Shown piece after piece: positions 12,901 to 27,900 of a stretch of 64,000 nucleotides of DNA. The stretch is from contig NC_135251.1 in assembly GCF_964204865.1 (NCBI RefSeq), forward strand, positions 12,214,001 to 12,278,000. Reading direction: 5' to 3'. A model generated the notes under the pieces. It was not told the origin of the DNA and did no database searches. It was given only the letters and a program-made list of their open reading frames with translations. Positions within the stretch are counted from its first letter, which is position 1. Every line of letters starts with the position of its first letter. Origin of the DNA: Styela clava. Lineage: Eukaryota. The translations under genes and the position numbers were made by a program.

Positions 12901-15900
12901 ATACATTTTGGCAACAGAAATAACAAAAAAATAGCAATTGTGCAAGATTATTTTTTTTTTAATGCAAAACGAGTTTACTTTATTATTTCAGACATAACAA
13001 AATATACCTCGTTTTTCTGTATTTTATTTACATAAATGTTTTTTCGGAAATAATTGATCATTTTGTTTGTTGTTTCGTATCTAGGATCACCAGATGAATC
13101 TTCTACCGGGCTTAATATGTTAGGGCATATAATGCAAATAAACGAGAAAATCAAGAAATCAAAGGTTGCTGCATCAAAAGCACTTAATTTGGATTCGGAA
13201 GAGATAAAAGGTTGTCTACTCACTTCAATATGATTTATAGAATATTTTGGTTTTCTGATAAAATGAAATTTAGTAGATATAATCTAAAGTGACAAAATGT
13301 TTATTTTGTGGCGTGATTAATTACGTAACAAGAGGATTTTTGTTTTTGGTAGGATATTTAGATTTTATCCATTAACAGTAAAATTGTAGCTATCTTCAAG
13401 TTGTATTTCTATTTTTTTTTTTTCTATAGCTTGTATAATAAACTGGTATTCCAAAATATTTTAAAATCTTGACAAAGACTAGAAAAACAATTAACTCCAG
13501 CTATTTTGAGTAAAAACATTTTACTCGAACATTTTATTCAAACTACTATATGTAAACTGTATTAATATTCTTAGATATTGCAAGTATTGTGTTTGAATCA
13601 AACAATATCAAAGAAACTCTGACAAATGATCTTGTCAGTGTGGTGTGGTTATCGGAGCAAATAGTGACTGATGGTAAGTTATTTACTTGTTTTAGGAATG
13701 TGATTTTGGTTTGATTTGATGTTCTATAACTAACATTGTTCATTATTTATTTTAAGAAATTGAAATCACATCAACAGCCAGTACTCCACTATCAACTACT
13801 CCCTCAGGTAACGCTATAATTTATCACTAGCGCATTCGGTCAGTAAACCGATTGAAAGGTATTGTGATTATGAAAGTGTCACGGCCTAACATTATACACC
13901 AAACTAGCAATATCTTATATCAGAAATAACATAATAGAACCGTTATAAAGTACCATCTTCGATGGTAAGACAGTTCAACATGTAGGAATATAACTAATAT
14001 TATACTTTGATTTATGAGCCCATGGCTATCGTCAAATCTAGAAGGTTCTGGTTATTTTTTTTTCGGGATTTTTATAGCTAAATTGCTTAGTCTTATACAA
14101 TATTAAGTAAGTTGGCATTGCAACATAGAATTACTATGATTTTTATCATGTATAATATTTGCAATTATTTTATCCCCGGTCTTTATAGCTGATTACATAT
14201 ACCGACAATGTTTTGTAATCATATTTCAAATTGCTATCAATGATAACATCCACATTACAATTATTATTCAATTAATATATGTTTCTTATTTTTAATGGTA
14301 TTTAACATAGCTCAATCAACTGTTATTAGAATTCTGACGATTAAATTTTTATATATTTACATGTTTAGATGAAGATGTAAAACGAGAAAAACTCAAAGAT
14401 GCCACGATTGATTTAGCCAGAATACTAACTGAATCAGTGATCAAACTTGCTGAACCAAGAGAAACATCATCAACTGAAGGTGTTCATTTAATTCTTTCAC
14501 ACTCAATTCCACAATATTTGAAAATCAACAATTCGTCTGTATTTTCAAACATCTGATAAAATATTTATATTCATACCTTCATAACATACACATAAAAAGA
14601 TTGAATACTTAGCCACATAAATATTGTCTTATCGTCATTATAGACATCCCGATTCAATTTAATATTGATTATTCAATAAATGACTGAACTAAAAGTTATT
14701 TTAAAATTAAATTCATGTCTCAAATTCTAGTTACGACAGTTTCTGTTGCTGATGAAGTTTTTTCAAACATTACGATGTTTGAAATCGGAGAAATCGTCAC
14801 TGAATTAAAAACATCTTCTGTTAGTTCAGGTATGTTAACCTTTATTTCATTTTCATTTTATGTTATTTTTCTTTTGTTCATTTGAAGAAAAATATGAAAA
14901 CATAAGGTTTTGTGCGAATTGATGATTTGATGTCACATAGCAACTGTCACAAGAATTGTCACAATTTCCCATTTTGTAAAAGTTTGAACAAGTTTTATAT
15001 TTTAATTTGTATATATTTTGAATAAATGGCATATACATATACATGCAAGCACACACGTCTATGTTTAAAAAAAACAAGCTCTAATATTTTTATTTGGGTA
15101 ATCTTCATTATTGAATATTTTAAAATCATTTTTCTTATTTACATAGATGCTCCAGTCACGGAAAGCATTGCAAACTTACAGAAAGTTACTGTTCTTATGA
15201 ATATCCACGCAAAAGTAGATGGTGTTGAAAAACAAGTCGAGGAATATTTGAAGAAAACAACAGGTCTGTCTTACAATTATTTTATTATTGTAATATAACC
15301 CTTTCGAAAACACGTTATTACGTATTGGTTATCTCTATGTGATGGAACATGTTACTCGAGATCCCATCTTTGAGCAGCTAATGAATCATGAAATGTAGCA
15401 ATATATTCTAATCTTATATTGACATTAGACATTATGTTCTGACATTGCTATGTTATAAATTTTCACTCTATTAAACTTTGTATTTAATAGACACTTCTGA
15501 GACAACAGAATTTCAACCCGAGCAAAAAGCCAATTTGCTTTTGAAAGTATCACGGGAAAGTGAGAATATACCAGATGCAAATGTGGTGACTAGAGGTACG
15601 TTTGTCATAGGTCACAAAATATTTCAGATGCTACTTTCATGTGAAATTTCTAAATGAAGTTATTTTTTTTTTATTTGAACTGAAAAGTTTCTAAACTAAA
15701 ATAGTATGCAATAGTTCTAAAAAATAGCAATTTCATTTGACCTAAATATGTTTTGATGATGAAAAAACAACATTTATGTGATTTCACTTCTTCCTAACTT
15801 ATACTTTTATTTTGACAGAGCTTTCGAAACTGCCTGAATTCCAGGACGATGATGTTGTGAATACAGTGGTTCGTAGAATGGTCGTTGAAACTAAGAACAA

Positions 15901-18900
15901 TCAAATCAAGGCTTACACAGACATTATTTCGAATAATATTGATGCTAATGCGAAAGTTGAACTCAGTAAGATTTGTGCACGATTAAGTTCTGGTATTCCC
16001 TTGCATTTTACGTTTTTTTGGTTACCCTAATTTGAAACGACAGTTCATTCATTTATCTGATGATGAATTTGCTTTGAAATACGAAATGTTTTAAGATTTA
16101 TATTTTCATTTACAACATCAATAGTTTTAACATAATGAAACCAAGCTATTACACGTGACTTAAATTTGGTTATATCACTACTCGCTAGTTTTTATCACAT
16201 GACCATTGCCATTGAATGGGAATAAATGGATTCTAACCTGCTTTATTCAGCAAGATTACTTTGAAACTATTATTACTTATCGATTTTAATCGGCAAGTTT
16301 GTTGATAGCTATTTGTCTGTCTGTTTGTCTGTTTGTCCGTTAGATGCACGCGATATCTCACGGAAGCGAGATTGAATCTGCTCCAGATTTTGCATGTGCA
16401 TTCATCTTATCTCGGACCAGAAGCCTATTGATTTTGGGCGAATTATGTCGTATATTTAGCGAGTTATTTATTAATTAGTGATGGGACTCAAGGTGTCATT
16501 ATGGAGTAAGAGCGCTGTTTTGGGGGATCCCCTAACTTTCGATCGATAAGTCTTCGATCTCTGACCGATATTCTTGTTTAATATTTAACTACTGAAATAG
16601 TGTCTATCGACTTTTTTATTCTAATTTGCAAAGGCAATATTTTGATTTGTAACGATTGAGGATTTGCTTTCAAGAGATATTATATTTTCGTTTAAAGGTT
16701 CTTGTCAAATAACTGGACTTAAATGTAGCCATGGATGTCAAGCTAATAGCCATGGTAAAACTGTCTGCAAATGTCCTCCAGGTTATAAGATGGTGGAAGG
16801 AAATACATACCAATGCACAAAATCAAAAGGTACAATTTGCGGTAGTTTTCACACAATAAATATTGTTACACACATACTTATTGGAGACTTAAAAAATTTT
16901 CAGAGACTTTTCAGATTTTAGTTTTAAGAATTATGCATTTCAAAGTTTACTTGTTAATTATGGCGAATCGATTTCACTTTAGATTTTGTTACAAATATCG
17001 AGACATCCATTGCCGAGACTCCATCACAAAAGATGAAAACAGATCTTGTAATTCTACAACAACTCAAAGCACAAACAGAAATTTTGGAGAAAGAATTACC
17101 AGTTGAAACTGAGAAAGAAGTCAAGTTCAAAGGTGAGACATCATGCATTAAGTTGAAAAACATATTGACGTTGTTGTCATTACAGGGAAACAATATTTAA
17201 ATATATAAGCACATGCCGTTGCCGTAAACTTTCCCCTTCAATTCTTTTTAGGCTTCTTACTAAAATATTTGCACGGAATGGACTTCTTATCATTGTTCTA
17301 TTGAATAGATTAGAAACTTAAGTTTCTGATTTGATGAACATGATTTGTTGAACATGATATCAGTGTCGGCTAAAAATTTAGTTTTGTTCAACAGTAAAAT
17401 TAGGAACATACCATCTTTTTTTTTAGCTGCCCTTGTCAAGACTGCGGGAGATACTGGCAAAAAATTAGAAGAAGTTCTTGATATGGCTGTTAAACAGAAA
17501 TCAAAGGAATCTGCCTATAAATTTGAGAAAAGTTTGACAGGTGAGAATTTGAATCAAATAAAATATATATAAATATACATATTTTTTGATATTGATAAAA
17601 TACCTATTGGTTCATATAAGACGCAAATCTCTATCTGTCCAGTCGACAGTTTCCACAGACAAACCAGTGGGTTATAAATCGCACGGTAACTTGGGAATGA
17701 CTCCTACAAACACACATTTGTAATAATAAAAGAACTGATATTAACAATTAAAAATGTAATCACAATAATTTCATCTGATGATTCCCTAACGTTTCTGTTT
17801 GTTTTTCAGATGGTGATGATAAAGAATCTGTGAGAAGAGCAAGGCAATATGCAGAAACTACGTTCATAACAGACATGTTGGAAAGTACTAAATCCATCGG
17901 AAAGCTAGTGAAAGGTAAATGAGATCACTCGTACTTGTCAAACTTCCCGCATATTTGCTTACTACCAATCACTGAATTACTACCCTATCACTGTAGGTAT
18001 TCAGTGCTGCTGACAATATCGAATTTACAGCATGATTCGGCTGAATATAATATTTGTAATATAATTTTTAGAACTTGAAAATACAGACGGAACTACAACT
18101 ACAGATTTGGATGATAAACGTTTGGAAATTCTAACTAAAAATAAAATGTCAGAAGTAATGCATAAAATGCATGAAAAAGTAACAAAACAAACACCAGATT
18201 CTGGAGGTAAGTTCCGCCACCAATTTTATTTGTTTTCATTATTTTTCGTATTTCAATATAAATTGGCATTGGTATGGATTTTTCAATTACAGATGTATTG
18301 AATCCAGCATTGTAACATATAATTCAAAGATATAATTCGGACTTATCGTTTTTTATATAGATTCTAGTGTCACTGAGGAACCAGTTTCTTTGCAAGATTT
18401 TGCTGCGTATATTGATACAAGAAAAACAATAAAATCATCCGATGAGCAACTACAGGAAGTGAAAGTAGAGCCTGAGAAGATAAAGAGTAAGCATATTGCA
18501 TACCTCATTGAATCATGGCTGGGCTAATTCAAGTTAACGTCAATTTTTCATAACAATTTATCAAATTGTTGTGAATAAAAGTCAATGTTATGTGATATGA
18601 TTAACATGTCCTACTATACATAAAAGCTTCCATGAATAAGCGTCTATCTTCATTTGGATTGATAGTGTGAAACTCCTAAATATGATCAATTACTAATTTC
18701 AGAAATATCTGAAAAATCTCGAATTCTTGAAGGTGTATGCATATGTTTGTGTATTATTTATCGATTGATTGTAAATTTTTTACGTATACTATATAGTATT
18801 CATGTATGTATATGCCATAACTATACTAATGCTATGATTACGTACAGAATGCAGAATAAAAAAAATAATATTCTCTATTAACATAGGGTTTTAAATCACC

Positions 18901-21900
18901 GGCTAATGTCCCTTTTATATATTATGTGGTGGCTTTCTAATCAGAGGTGGAAATTACTGTACCTATTGATATTATTTATTTCTAGAACTCAAAAAACATT
19001 ATTACTGCAATTTCATCTACTTCAATTTACTCATCTATTCTATAGTTTAGTGACTCTCTATTAAGTTTAGAATTTTAAGTAAATTTATTCATCAAATGGT
19101 AGATTCTATTTTCAAGATGAAGTATGACTCAAAATTAAATCTTTCGATTTATTCTAGGCATGGTATCAAAACTTGACATGAGTACTGATATGATGACTGT
19201 ATTAAGTGAACAAAATTTTGAGGAAGTGAAAAAGGTTTGGGATCACGGGATCAAAGAAACTAAAATGAGTGACAAAGAAATCAACAAAGTACTATCGTGT
19301 GAGTATTACTAGAATTTACAAGTGTAACAATATAGGAATAAATTATTTGTGGTGAACTGTGAAATCATATCTTGTTCCATTATATAACAAGTGACAATTT
19401 GCTAATTATATTTGCAATGATAATAAGATAATATTTTCTTTCTATGATAAGGTATAGATTATTGATTTACATTTTTATGATTTACAGTACCGGGTATGGA
19501 TACAGCTAAAGTTGAAAAAATGAGTGAAGCTATTGCAATGCCAGAGGTTGTTGAAGTTCCTGTTATTTTCGATACAAAAATTGCTGTCCAAAGTAAGTAT
19601 ATTTGTTAGCGATCTTTTTTAAATATGCGAGTCATTGTCAATTACTGTGACCAAGTCAAATTTTAAGTTGCTTTTTCCATGAATTATGCCTTCATAATTA
19701 AATTATTTAAACACTATTAATTGATTAATTTTATACCTCGCCGTTTTTTTCACGTGAATTTCAGGATTTTTTTAGCACTGAGGCAGAAAAGTACTTTCCG
19801 AGAGATAAATTTTACAAATATATATGTATTTATTTTTACTTATCATATACTTATACTGTCATTAAGAAGCTGTTTTTATGGTGTAGATTGTAGAATCTAG
19901 AATCTAGATGATTACAGTGATACATGTATTACAGAGAAAGCAATAAAAGCTGCTATGGAAATTAAGATTGAAGAATTAGCAGCAAAGCGAGAACTTTCGA
20001 TGCAGGAAGCAAAAGACAAAAAGGACAAGTGCAACAAAATTAAAAGCAACAACGGACAATCTGAGGCATCCAAAACAAATTATGGTTATCTCAAAGGATT
20101 TGAAAAAATTTGTGATCTTATTGATGGTGAGATAAAAAATGAAGCATCCCATACTAATACTTGATTTAAGCAATTCCAGTGCTATTCAACATTCTTAATG
20201 GAAAAAGTATGTGAATACCAATTGAATGAAACATTTGTTTACTGGTTAATAATACCTTTGCAATTTAAAAATAACTTGAAACACAACAACTTTAACTTCG
20301 CTGTATAAGTTTATTGTGACTCCCAATGATTTAGTGAACATTTTCATTTTTTTTTCTGAATGCCGGTGAATATTTTAAGTTTTTTCAAATTTTGTTGTAC
20401 ATCTTAAATTTCAATGTGGAGAATTTCACTATGCTAGCTTTTATGCCCCTCTTCACCTTACTGAAATCCGTCATTGTGAATATTCTACTTTGCATTTTCG
20501 ACACAGAATCAAGCTATGAAATGTCAACAGAAACAACCAAACAAGTCGAACATGAAATAAAAAATACAGTTATGAAGCTTGAAAATAGTCGTAATAGAGG
20601 AGGTAATGCTATAAACTACATAAAAAATTAATTATGTCTAGACTCATTCATGACAAAATGAACGTGAAAATTGTAAAATAAGCAGAGAAATATGGTACTT
20701 ATTAAAAGTAGATGATGGTACTATGTTTTCGACATGCAATGAACATACAATCGTGGCAAATTTGTGAAAGTAAATATGCGCAAATCTGCTACGATTCTTT
20801 TTAATTTTTTTTCAATTTTTTCTTTCATGAAAATGTATCATAGCGTCATAACGTCATTCCAGTGTAGTTTTAATAGAATTGATGTACTATAGAAAATCAT
20901 TTGATTGTAATTACATTTTCAAAACAACAGTCAGTGTAATAATGGAATTATAGTCCAGTGTTTTTGTTTGATAATATTCAAGCGTAAAATATTTTATTTC
21001 TATTCTCACATATTTTTTTACAGATTTAGAAGCAGCTGAAAAAGCTAACAGCAGACTTCGAGCTGTGACAGAATTCATGCAAACTGCAGAGCAAGCTGTA
21101 AACATAGCATATGAATCTCTTGAAGATGGACCAGCAGGTTTAAATATAATTTGTTTTCATTTTTATAAATCAAAGATTTTATTAAGACTTGATTTTGAAT
21201 TTGTGGAGTGTAAACAAATTCTTATATATTCAAAAGTTCAGCTAAGCAGTGAAATTTCATATTTTTACTCGAATATTAGTTTCAACTTCAATCAGTGAGT
21301 ATTTTATTTCATATACATAGAACTAACTCTACCTCGAGTGGAAATTTCGCCCCGTTGGTCTTGATTGAAATCTCTGTCTCCGACTTCAGCGAAGGTTAGA
21401 CATTGCATTGCATTAAATCATTAAATTTCCTAAAATGTTGTATACTAATAGGAGAAAAAGAACTCACAGAGATGGAGAAAAAACAAATAAAAGAAAACAT
21501 TGTGGAGCAAATAAAAGCAGAGAAAGAAAAATATGGTATTGAAGATGAAGCAGCAAAAGGTAATTGTAATAGAATGAAAAAGTATGAAACCGAATATTCC
21601 CATGAGTTTGCTTGTCATTTCGTAATGCAAATGTAATGCTCATATTTTTATTGAAAATGGCCCCGGATTTAAATTGAATAAAAGCCAGTGTTAGCTGCAA
21701 AATCAGATTATCAAAAGACATTTTACTCTCGGGGTGACTCAGTATTATATATAATTTACATTTAACAAAAAGCACTGATCAGCATTTAGGTAGCGTAGCT
21801 ATGGGTTTCCGCTCATATTGCGAAAAACGAAAGAATTTTCCTAACCTTTGTTCTCTGTTTATACATTCTCTTATTTCAGAGCTTGCAAAGAATATAGATG

Positions 21901-24900
21901 CTTCTATAAAAACTGTATCCGTTGTTCTTCAACGTCGAACAATTGCTTCTAAACAGGAAAATCTTGAAGAATTGAAAACTGCATTCAAAGATAAACTTCA
22001 GAAAAATTCCAAGAATTCGGAGAGTAAGTATTATGCGAATGTGGTGCAAATTTTTTTTTGGATAAAGAGGTATAATAATATAATATTACATTATAACAAA
22101 ATTCGGGTGCTCCAGAAGTACGCGCACCAAGATGTCGCACAACCTGAATCTTTAACGGTACACACATACTATGTTCAGGTTGTGCGCCATCTTGGTGCGC
22201 ATACTTCTGGAGGTTCAAAATTCGATTACAATTTCCAAATTGCCATACCTTCTTATTTTTCTAACCTTAACCCTTTTATTCAATTACCAAAGAAAGATAT
22301 TTAAAACACTCAATTTTTATTGAAGAAAAATGTGGATTGAAGGAATTGAAATGTTCTCATGATTGTGATAAATTTCTACAAGTTTGCATCTGTTTTGGTG
22401 GGATGGTTTTATCTAATGATAAGTCAACATGCATAGTACCAGAAGGTGAGCTATTATGTATCTTGTGACATTTCACAAATTTGAAACTTCAAGATTTCTT
22501 GGATTGTGTAGCAAATTTAGTATATTTGCTTATCCACACACGAATTCAGTATTCTTACACCTGCCTTTCATGTCAAATCAATCAATTTTATTTTGGTCGC
22601 TTTGGAATGAAACAAGATAGCATAACAATAACATAAAGACAAACAAAATTAATTTCAGAACCATCTGGTACTGATCTCTCTTCTCTTCCCACCGATGTTG
22701 TACACGCTGTACTTCTTTATCAGCAAGAAAAAATTGAACTTCAAAATCTGAAAAAAAATATTCCGGAAAAAATATCTGATCAAGAAAAGGCAGTCGAAGG
22801 TATGTAACTTTGTGAGCTTACCTCTTGAATATATGATTGCGTAAATATTCATCATCAACTGAATTAATAGAAAAAATTACGTAAAAATATTGCTAAAAAT
22901 ACTGAAAAATTGTAAAAATCATTATTTTAGATGTTTTGAAATCTGCTGAAAAACAGGGCATAAAGCCTGATAATATTGTTCGTGCTATTGTTAGTAAAGA
23001 ACTTGATAGAGCGAGCAGTGGAATTACAGACGACAAAGATGTTGTGACAACGGCACAAACTTTGCAAGAAGCAGTGGCGGTTAAGAAAATAATGGATAAA
23101 TCGAAGACTTTTGATGAACTTTTGACAATGATAAAAAGTACCGATGGTAAAGTTAATAAATCGTTTGGATTATTACTCTGTAAATATTGCTAGGTATATC
23201 AATCTAATATTATTGTTTCATCTAAAATTCTGCAGACGATGAGGAAAAAGATGATTCAGTCAATGTCGCAAAATTGTTTACATACATTGCGGAGTCGAAA
23301 GTAGACAGAACATTGCAAAAAATGAAGGAACAAATCACAGAAAGTATGGAACAATTTTTTATTTTAATTTTTTGTTTTATTTAGGTCAACTTCGTGTTCA
23401 GTTTTTATATTATTAGGTTGCTGAGCGGAAATATTTGTAAACCACTTATTTTAGATCTTCTTAGAGTCAGGAAGACTATATGCTAATTGATCTTCATTGC
23501 TAATGTATTCTTTTATATCCCTCCTAATAGCATAGAGTTTTTTATTTATTGGGCACATTTAACACTGTTATTGAATTTACATCGAACAGTGATAAAACTA
23601 GTTTATTTAATTTACTTTTTCGCTGGTATTTAATTTCTGAGGTACTGTATCGTATGGTTCAGTGTTTCTTGCCATTTTCTGTACACTATATGTAGATCGC
23701 ATTTCCAAAATAAAATCAAGGTTTCGCTTCAATTGCATTTACCATATCAAACGTTTAATAAATCACTCGAATTTTTTTTTTTATACTTATCATCATTTTA
23801 GTGCCAATTGAGGATACTTCATCTAGTTTTAAAATTATGAGGAATGTCATCAAGATAAGCAAAATGGCTGAAGAATCAAAGCATTCTGTGACAAAATCAC
23901 TGGATGAAATTCCAGAATCTGACGAAGGTGATTTATTCGATTTTCACATTGCTTTAGAGCCAGCCTCGCATCCTTTTTTATTGTCAATATTATTAGTTGT
24001 TTAGTCATTTTGTTTGACAAACTGTGTTCTATGTTTCTTTGTCTGATGGTGTATACTATAAATATTACATGTTTTACCGAGTTATGTAGCGTATGTAGAA
24101 TTCCCTTTTTTACTGTTAGAATTAGCAACGCCTCGTTAGCAAGGCCTCGTCCTAGTGTTGAGTATATATGTTAGTTTTATATTTATTTCACACTGAAAGA
24201 ATTGTTTAATCCTGGATTTCCTGATGTGCTTTTATATCAAAACTTCGTAATTCTTTGTGGCTGTGTAAATGGAAGTTATTCAATTACACAATCATGCTAT
24301 GCTTCGTTCGTGTCAAATGGTCTAATGACAAAGCATAAACCGTGGGCTTTTATTAGATGATTCAAGCTTGAAAAGGGAAAATGATAACGAAAAAGAAAAT
24401 AATATTGAACTTGAGATTGCTCCCAAAACAACTGAAACACCAGCGCCTGTCTTTAAGTTGGAGGTTGCAACTCCAGTAAACAAGAAAGGTATGATGGTGT
24501 CATTTGATAAAAATCGCTTAATGTGAATAATGATTCGAAATAAATAGTTCGTTAAATTTCTTATCATCAACAAATAACTGAGACTGCAAAATAATGACAG
24601 CTATAGTGAACTTTAACGTACTCATAGTTCATCATATTTCATTGTATTGCTAATGCGGTGAAATCGGAATATGTGCGGCACCAGATTTTAAATATATTGG
24701 AAATAATGTTATTTAAGACAACACAAAACGTTATATCCAGAAAATTTGTCTAAATACAAAATTATTGTATTTTTTGAAGAATTGGAAATTAAGGAAGAAC
24801 TTTTGGAAATCAAAAAAACGCCAAAAGAAAATTCAGGTATGTAATACATTATTATGTAATTTTATTCATTATTGTTCTATATGTTCAATAATGTTAAAGA

Positions 24901-27900
24901 CAACACAGAATGTTGTATTCAGAAAACTTGTCTTAAATACAAAAACATTGTTTCTTTTGTAGTATTGGAAATTGAAGAGGAAGATGTGGAAATCATAGAA
25001 ACGCCGAGAGAAAATTCAGGTATAAAATACATCATTAGGTAACTTATTCAATACTGATCTATCAATTATATATGCTAATAATTACTGTGCCAGATTAACT
25101 TTTATTAAAGTTTATGAAATATTTTGAGGAAAGATATTACGAAGTGTTAATATTTACTGACTATATTATGATAAGATAACTCGGGATTGTGGAGCATGGA
25201 GAAGAAAAAAGAAACGGAAACGAAAGTAGAAAATATTCTAGAAGAAATCAGTCATGATCAAATTGACAAGACAGACGAAAAAAACATCGAACAGAAGGAC
25301 GAACAAAATGAAAAGAAAAATGTTGAAGAAGAAATAGTGACGGAACAAGAAAAAGATGTAGAAAAGAAGGACGACACTTCCAAAAAGGAAGACAAAGTTA
25401 TAGAGAGTATGTTTTTTATCGTGCTTGCCAGCATAACCTGGTTTTATGGCATTTTTACAATTATATAAGAATATATTTATAAGCCATTGTAGAAAGTGCT
25501 TTTATACTGTAAATTATTCGTTTTTAGATCTTTGGAATATAGAGAAAAGTGATCAAAAGGAAGATTCTGTAGCTGTAGATTATTTAGAAGAAGTTGTGGA
25601 AGGGGGTAACGCTAAAGACAAAGAGGAAGATGAAGATGAGAAAGATAAATACGATGGCAAAGAGCAAGATAATGGTGATGAAAAAGATGATAAAGATAAA
25701 TACGATGGCAAAGAGAAAGGTGATGATGATGAGAAAGATGATAAAGATAAAAACGATGGCAAAGAGAAAGATGATGGTGATGAGAAAAATGATAAAGATA
25801 AATACGATGGCATAGAGAAAGATGATGGTGATGAGAAAGATGATAAAGATAAATACGATGGCAAAGAGAAAGATGATGGTGGTGAGAAGGATGATAAAGA
25901 TAATTACGATGGCAAAGAGAAAGATTATGGTGATAACGATGAATTTGGAGACAAGAAGAAAGATGATGGTGATGATAAAGGTACATACGATTTTTAGGAG
26001 AAAGATGTTTATAACATTAAATAAAGTGAAAAAATTAAATACGGTGACTAAAAAAATTATTTGAATCATAGCACACTTCTAGTTTATTTAAGTGTCCACA
26101 AAATAATGCTAATGTTTGGTCCATAGCAAGTTTAAACCAATTCAACAAATGTCCTCCAACAGAACAATGCGTTGTAATCATACAATATTATCTGAGCTTG
26201 GCATTTAAATTTTGATATTTTTAAATTTTCATACTGAAAGACACCTACAGATTGATTATATTCATACATTTGACATGTTTATGCATGTGTAATAGGTTTT
26301 GTAAATTCAGTTAATTTGGATGTTTTGTTTTCACTGATTTATTTAATTTTGTTTGTATAGAAAATATATATATCTATATAAAAAAACATAGAAAATTTAT
26401 AAAACTAACTGATGATTGCTGTTAATTTCAACAGAAAATCAAATTAAGGTTGAGCAGACGAAGGCACTCTTGCATACAGAGCTAATTGAAAGTATCAGAG
26501 ATCAAGAAATTGCGGCAAAGAAAAGAAAGACAAACAGCCATAAATGTTCAAATGTTCTTGGCAAAGAAAAAGAGCAAAACGACTTAGGAATTTGTGATAT
26601 AAAATCAAGTACGTTGAATAACATCATTCATTTATTACGGTATAAAATAAATAATTAACTTTATTTACCAGAAATATTTTATGTGATTTTTATATCGCTA
26701 TTGCTAGAGCAAATAAATCGATTATCACTTTCAAATCCAGCCTCTCCCTGTAATATGTCGAAAATTAACGAAAAGGTAGGTATGTTCGTTTTAAATACCT
26801 ACTTGCTTTCAAATTGCTGTTCAATTTAACCTAATAACGTATGTTCATGAATGATGCAAGACATTATCTTGTGTTTCTATCTTGTTAAATTCTGAAATTT
26901 CACATATATATATGTTTTTTGATAACGATTGTGGGCGCTTCAGAAGTATGTGCACCAAGGTGGCGCACATTCTGATAACCCTAACCTGGTACACATACTA
27001 TATTCAGGTTATGCGCCATATTGGTGCACATACTTCGAGAGTACCCAATTATGTAATATTACCATTTATATTCAAAGAAAAAGAATACGAAATCATAATA
27101 GAGACTGATAAACAAATTGAAGCTACTTTAAAAAATGCTCTCGACATGATGACATCAGACGACAAACCAGAAGGTAAGTTAATAAAATATGAAAATGTAA
27201 CGTGAACCATTCACTTACTTATTTCTAAGATAAATTATCTGGTTACAGATTTGGAAAAGATTCGAGAGTTACAAAAAAAACTATTCACAATTTCAAAGTA
27301 TTTTGGGGTAGCTGATGATATTATGGAGACAGTGACATCTTTAGATAATGCAGAAGGTGAATAGTTAATTGAATTTTACTTTGTTTTTTTTCTAATCAAT
27401 TATGTTATGAACTTATACCAAATATTCCAAGAAATATCTAGATTAAAAAATCATAGCATTCTAATTTAAAATGTAGCACTTTAGATAAACTACAACCATT
27501 TTAACTTATCATAATTTTAATATGTAGTCTTTAATTATTGGGCCTTAGAATACCGAATACATATTTATCTATTATGAAATGGGTATATTACTACTATGTT
27601 TCATCACTTGAAGATTAATTTTGTACACCTTACAACGATTCAACAGATGTGGTGTATACAGTCGCAGAAAAAAGTAAACTGAAAAAAGATTTGCTTGAAG
27701 AAATGCAGTACACTGATTCAAATATACCGATGGACAAAGAAGTGGAACAGTGTAAGTACAGTTTGCACGCGAATGCATGAGGCAGAAAATGTGTTTACTA
27801 TATCAATTTTTATCATTTTGGCAATATTAACAGTTATAGTATAGTTTTCCAAATTTTTAGCTTTTTTCAAATTAAAGTTTTAATTAACATCCCACAGCTT

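Noticed and set aside
25580-26069. Hydrophobic, His-rich and Met/Lys-rich ORFs overlapping the 51-bp repeat
   Set aside because: They are alternate-frame and antisense by-products of the D/K-rich coding repeat.
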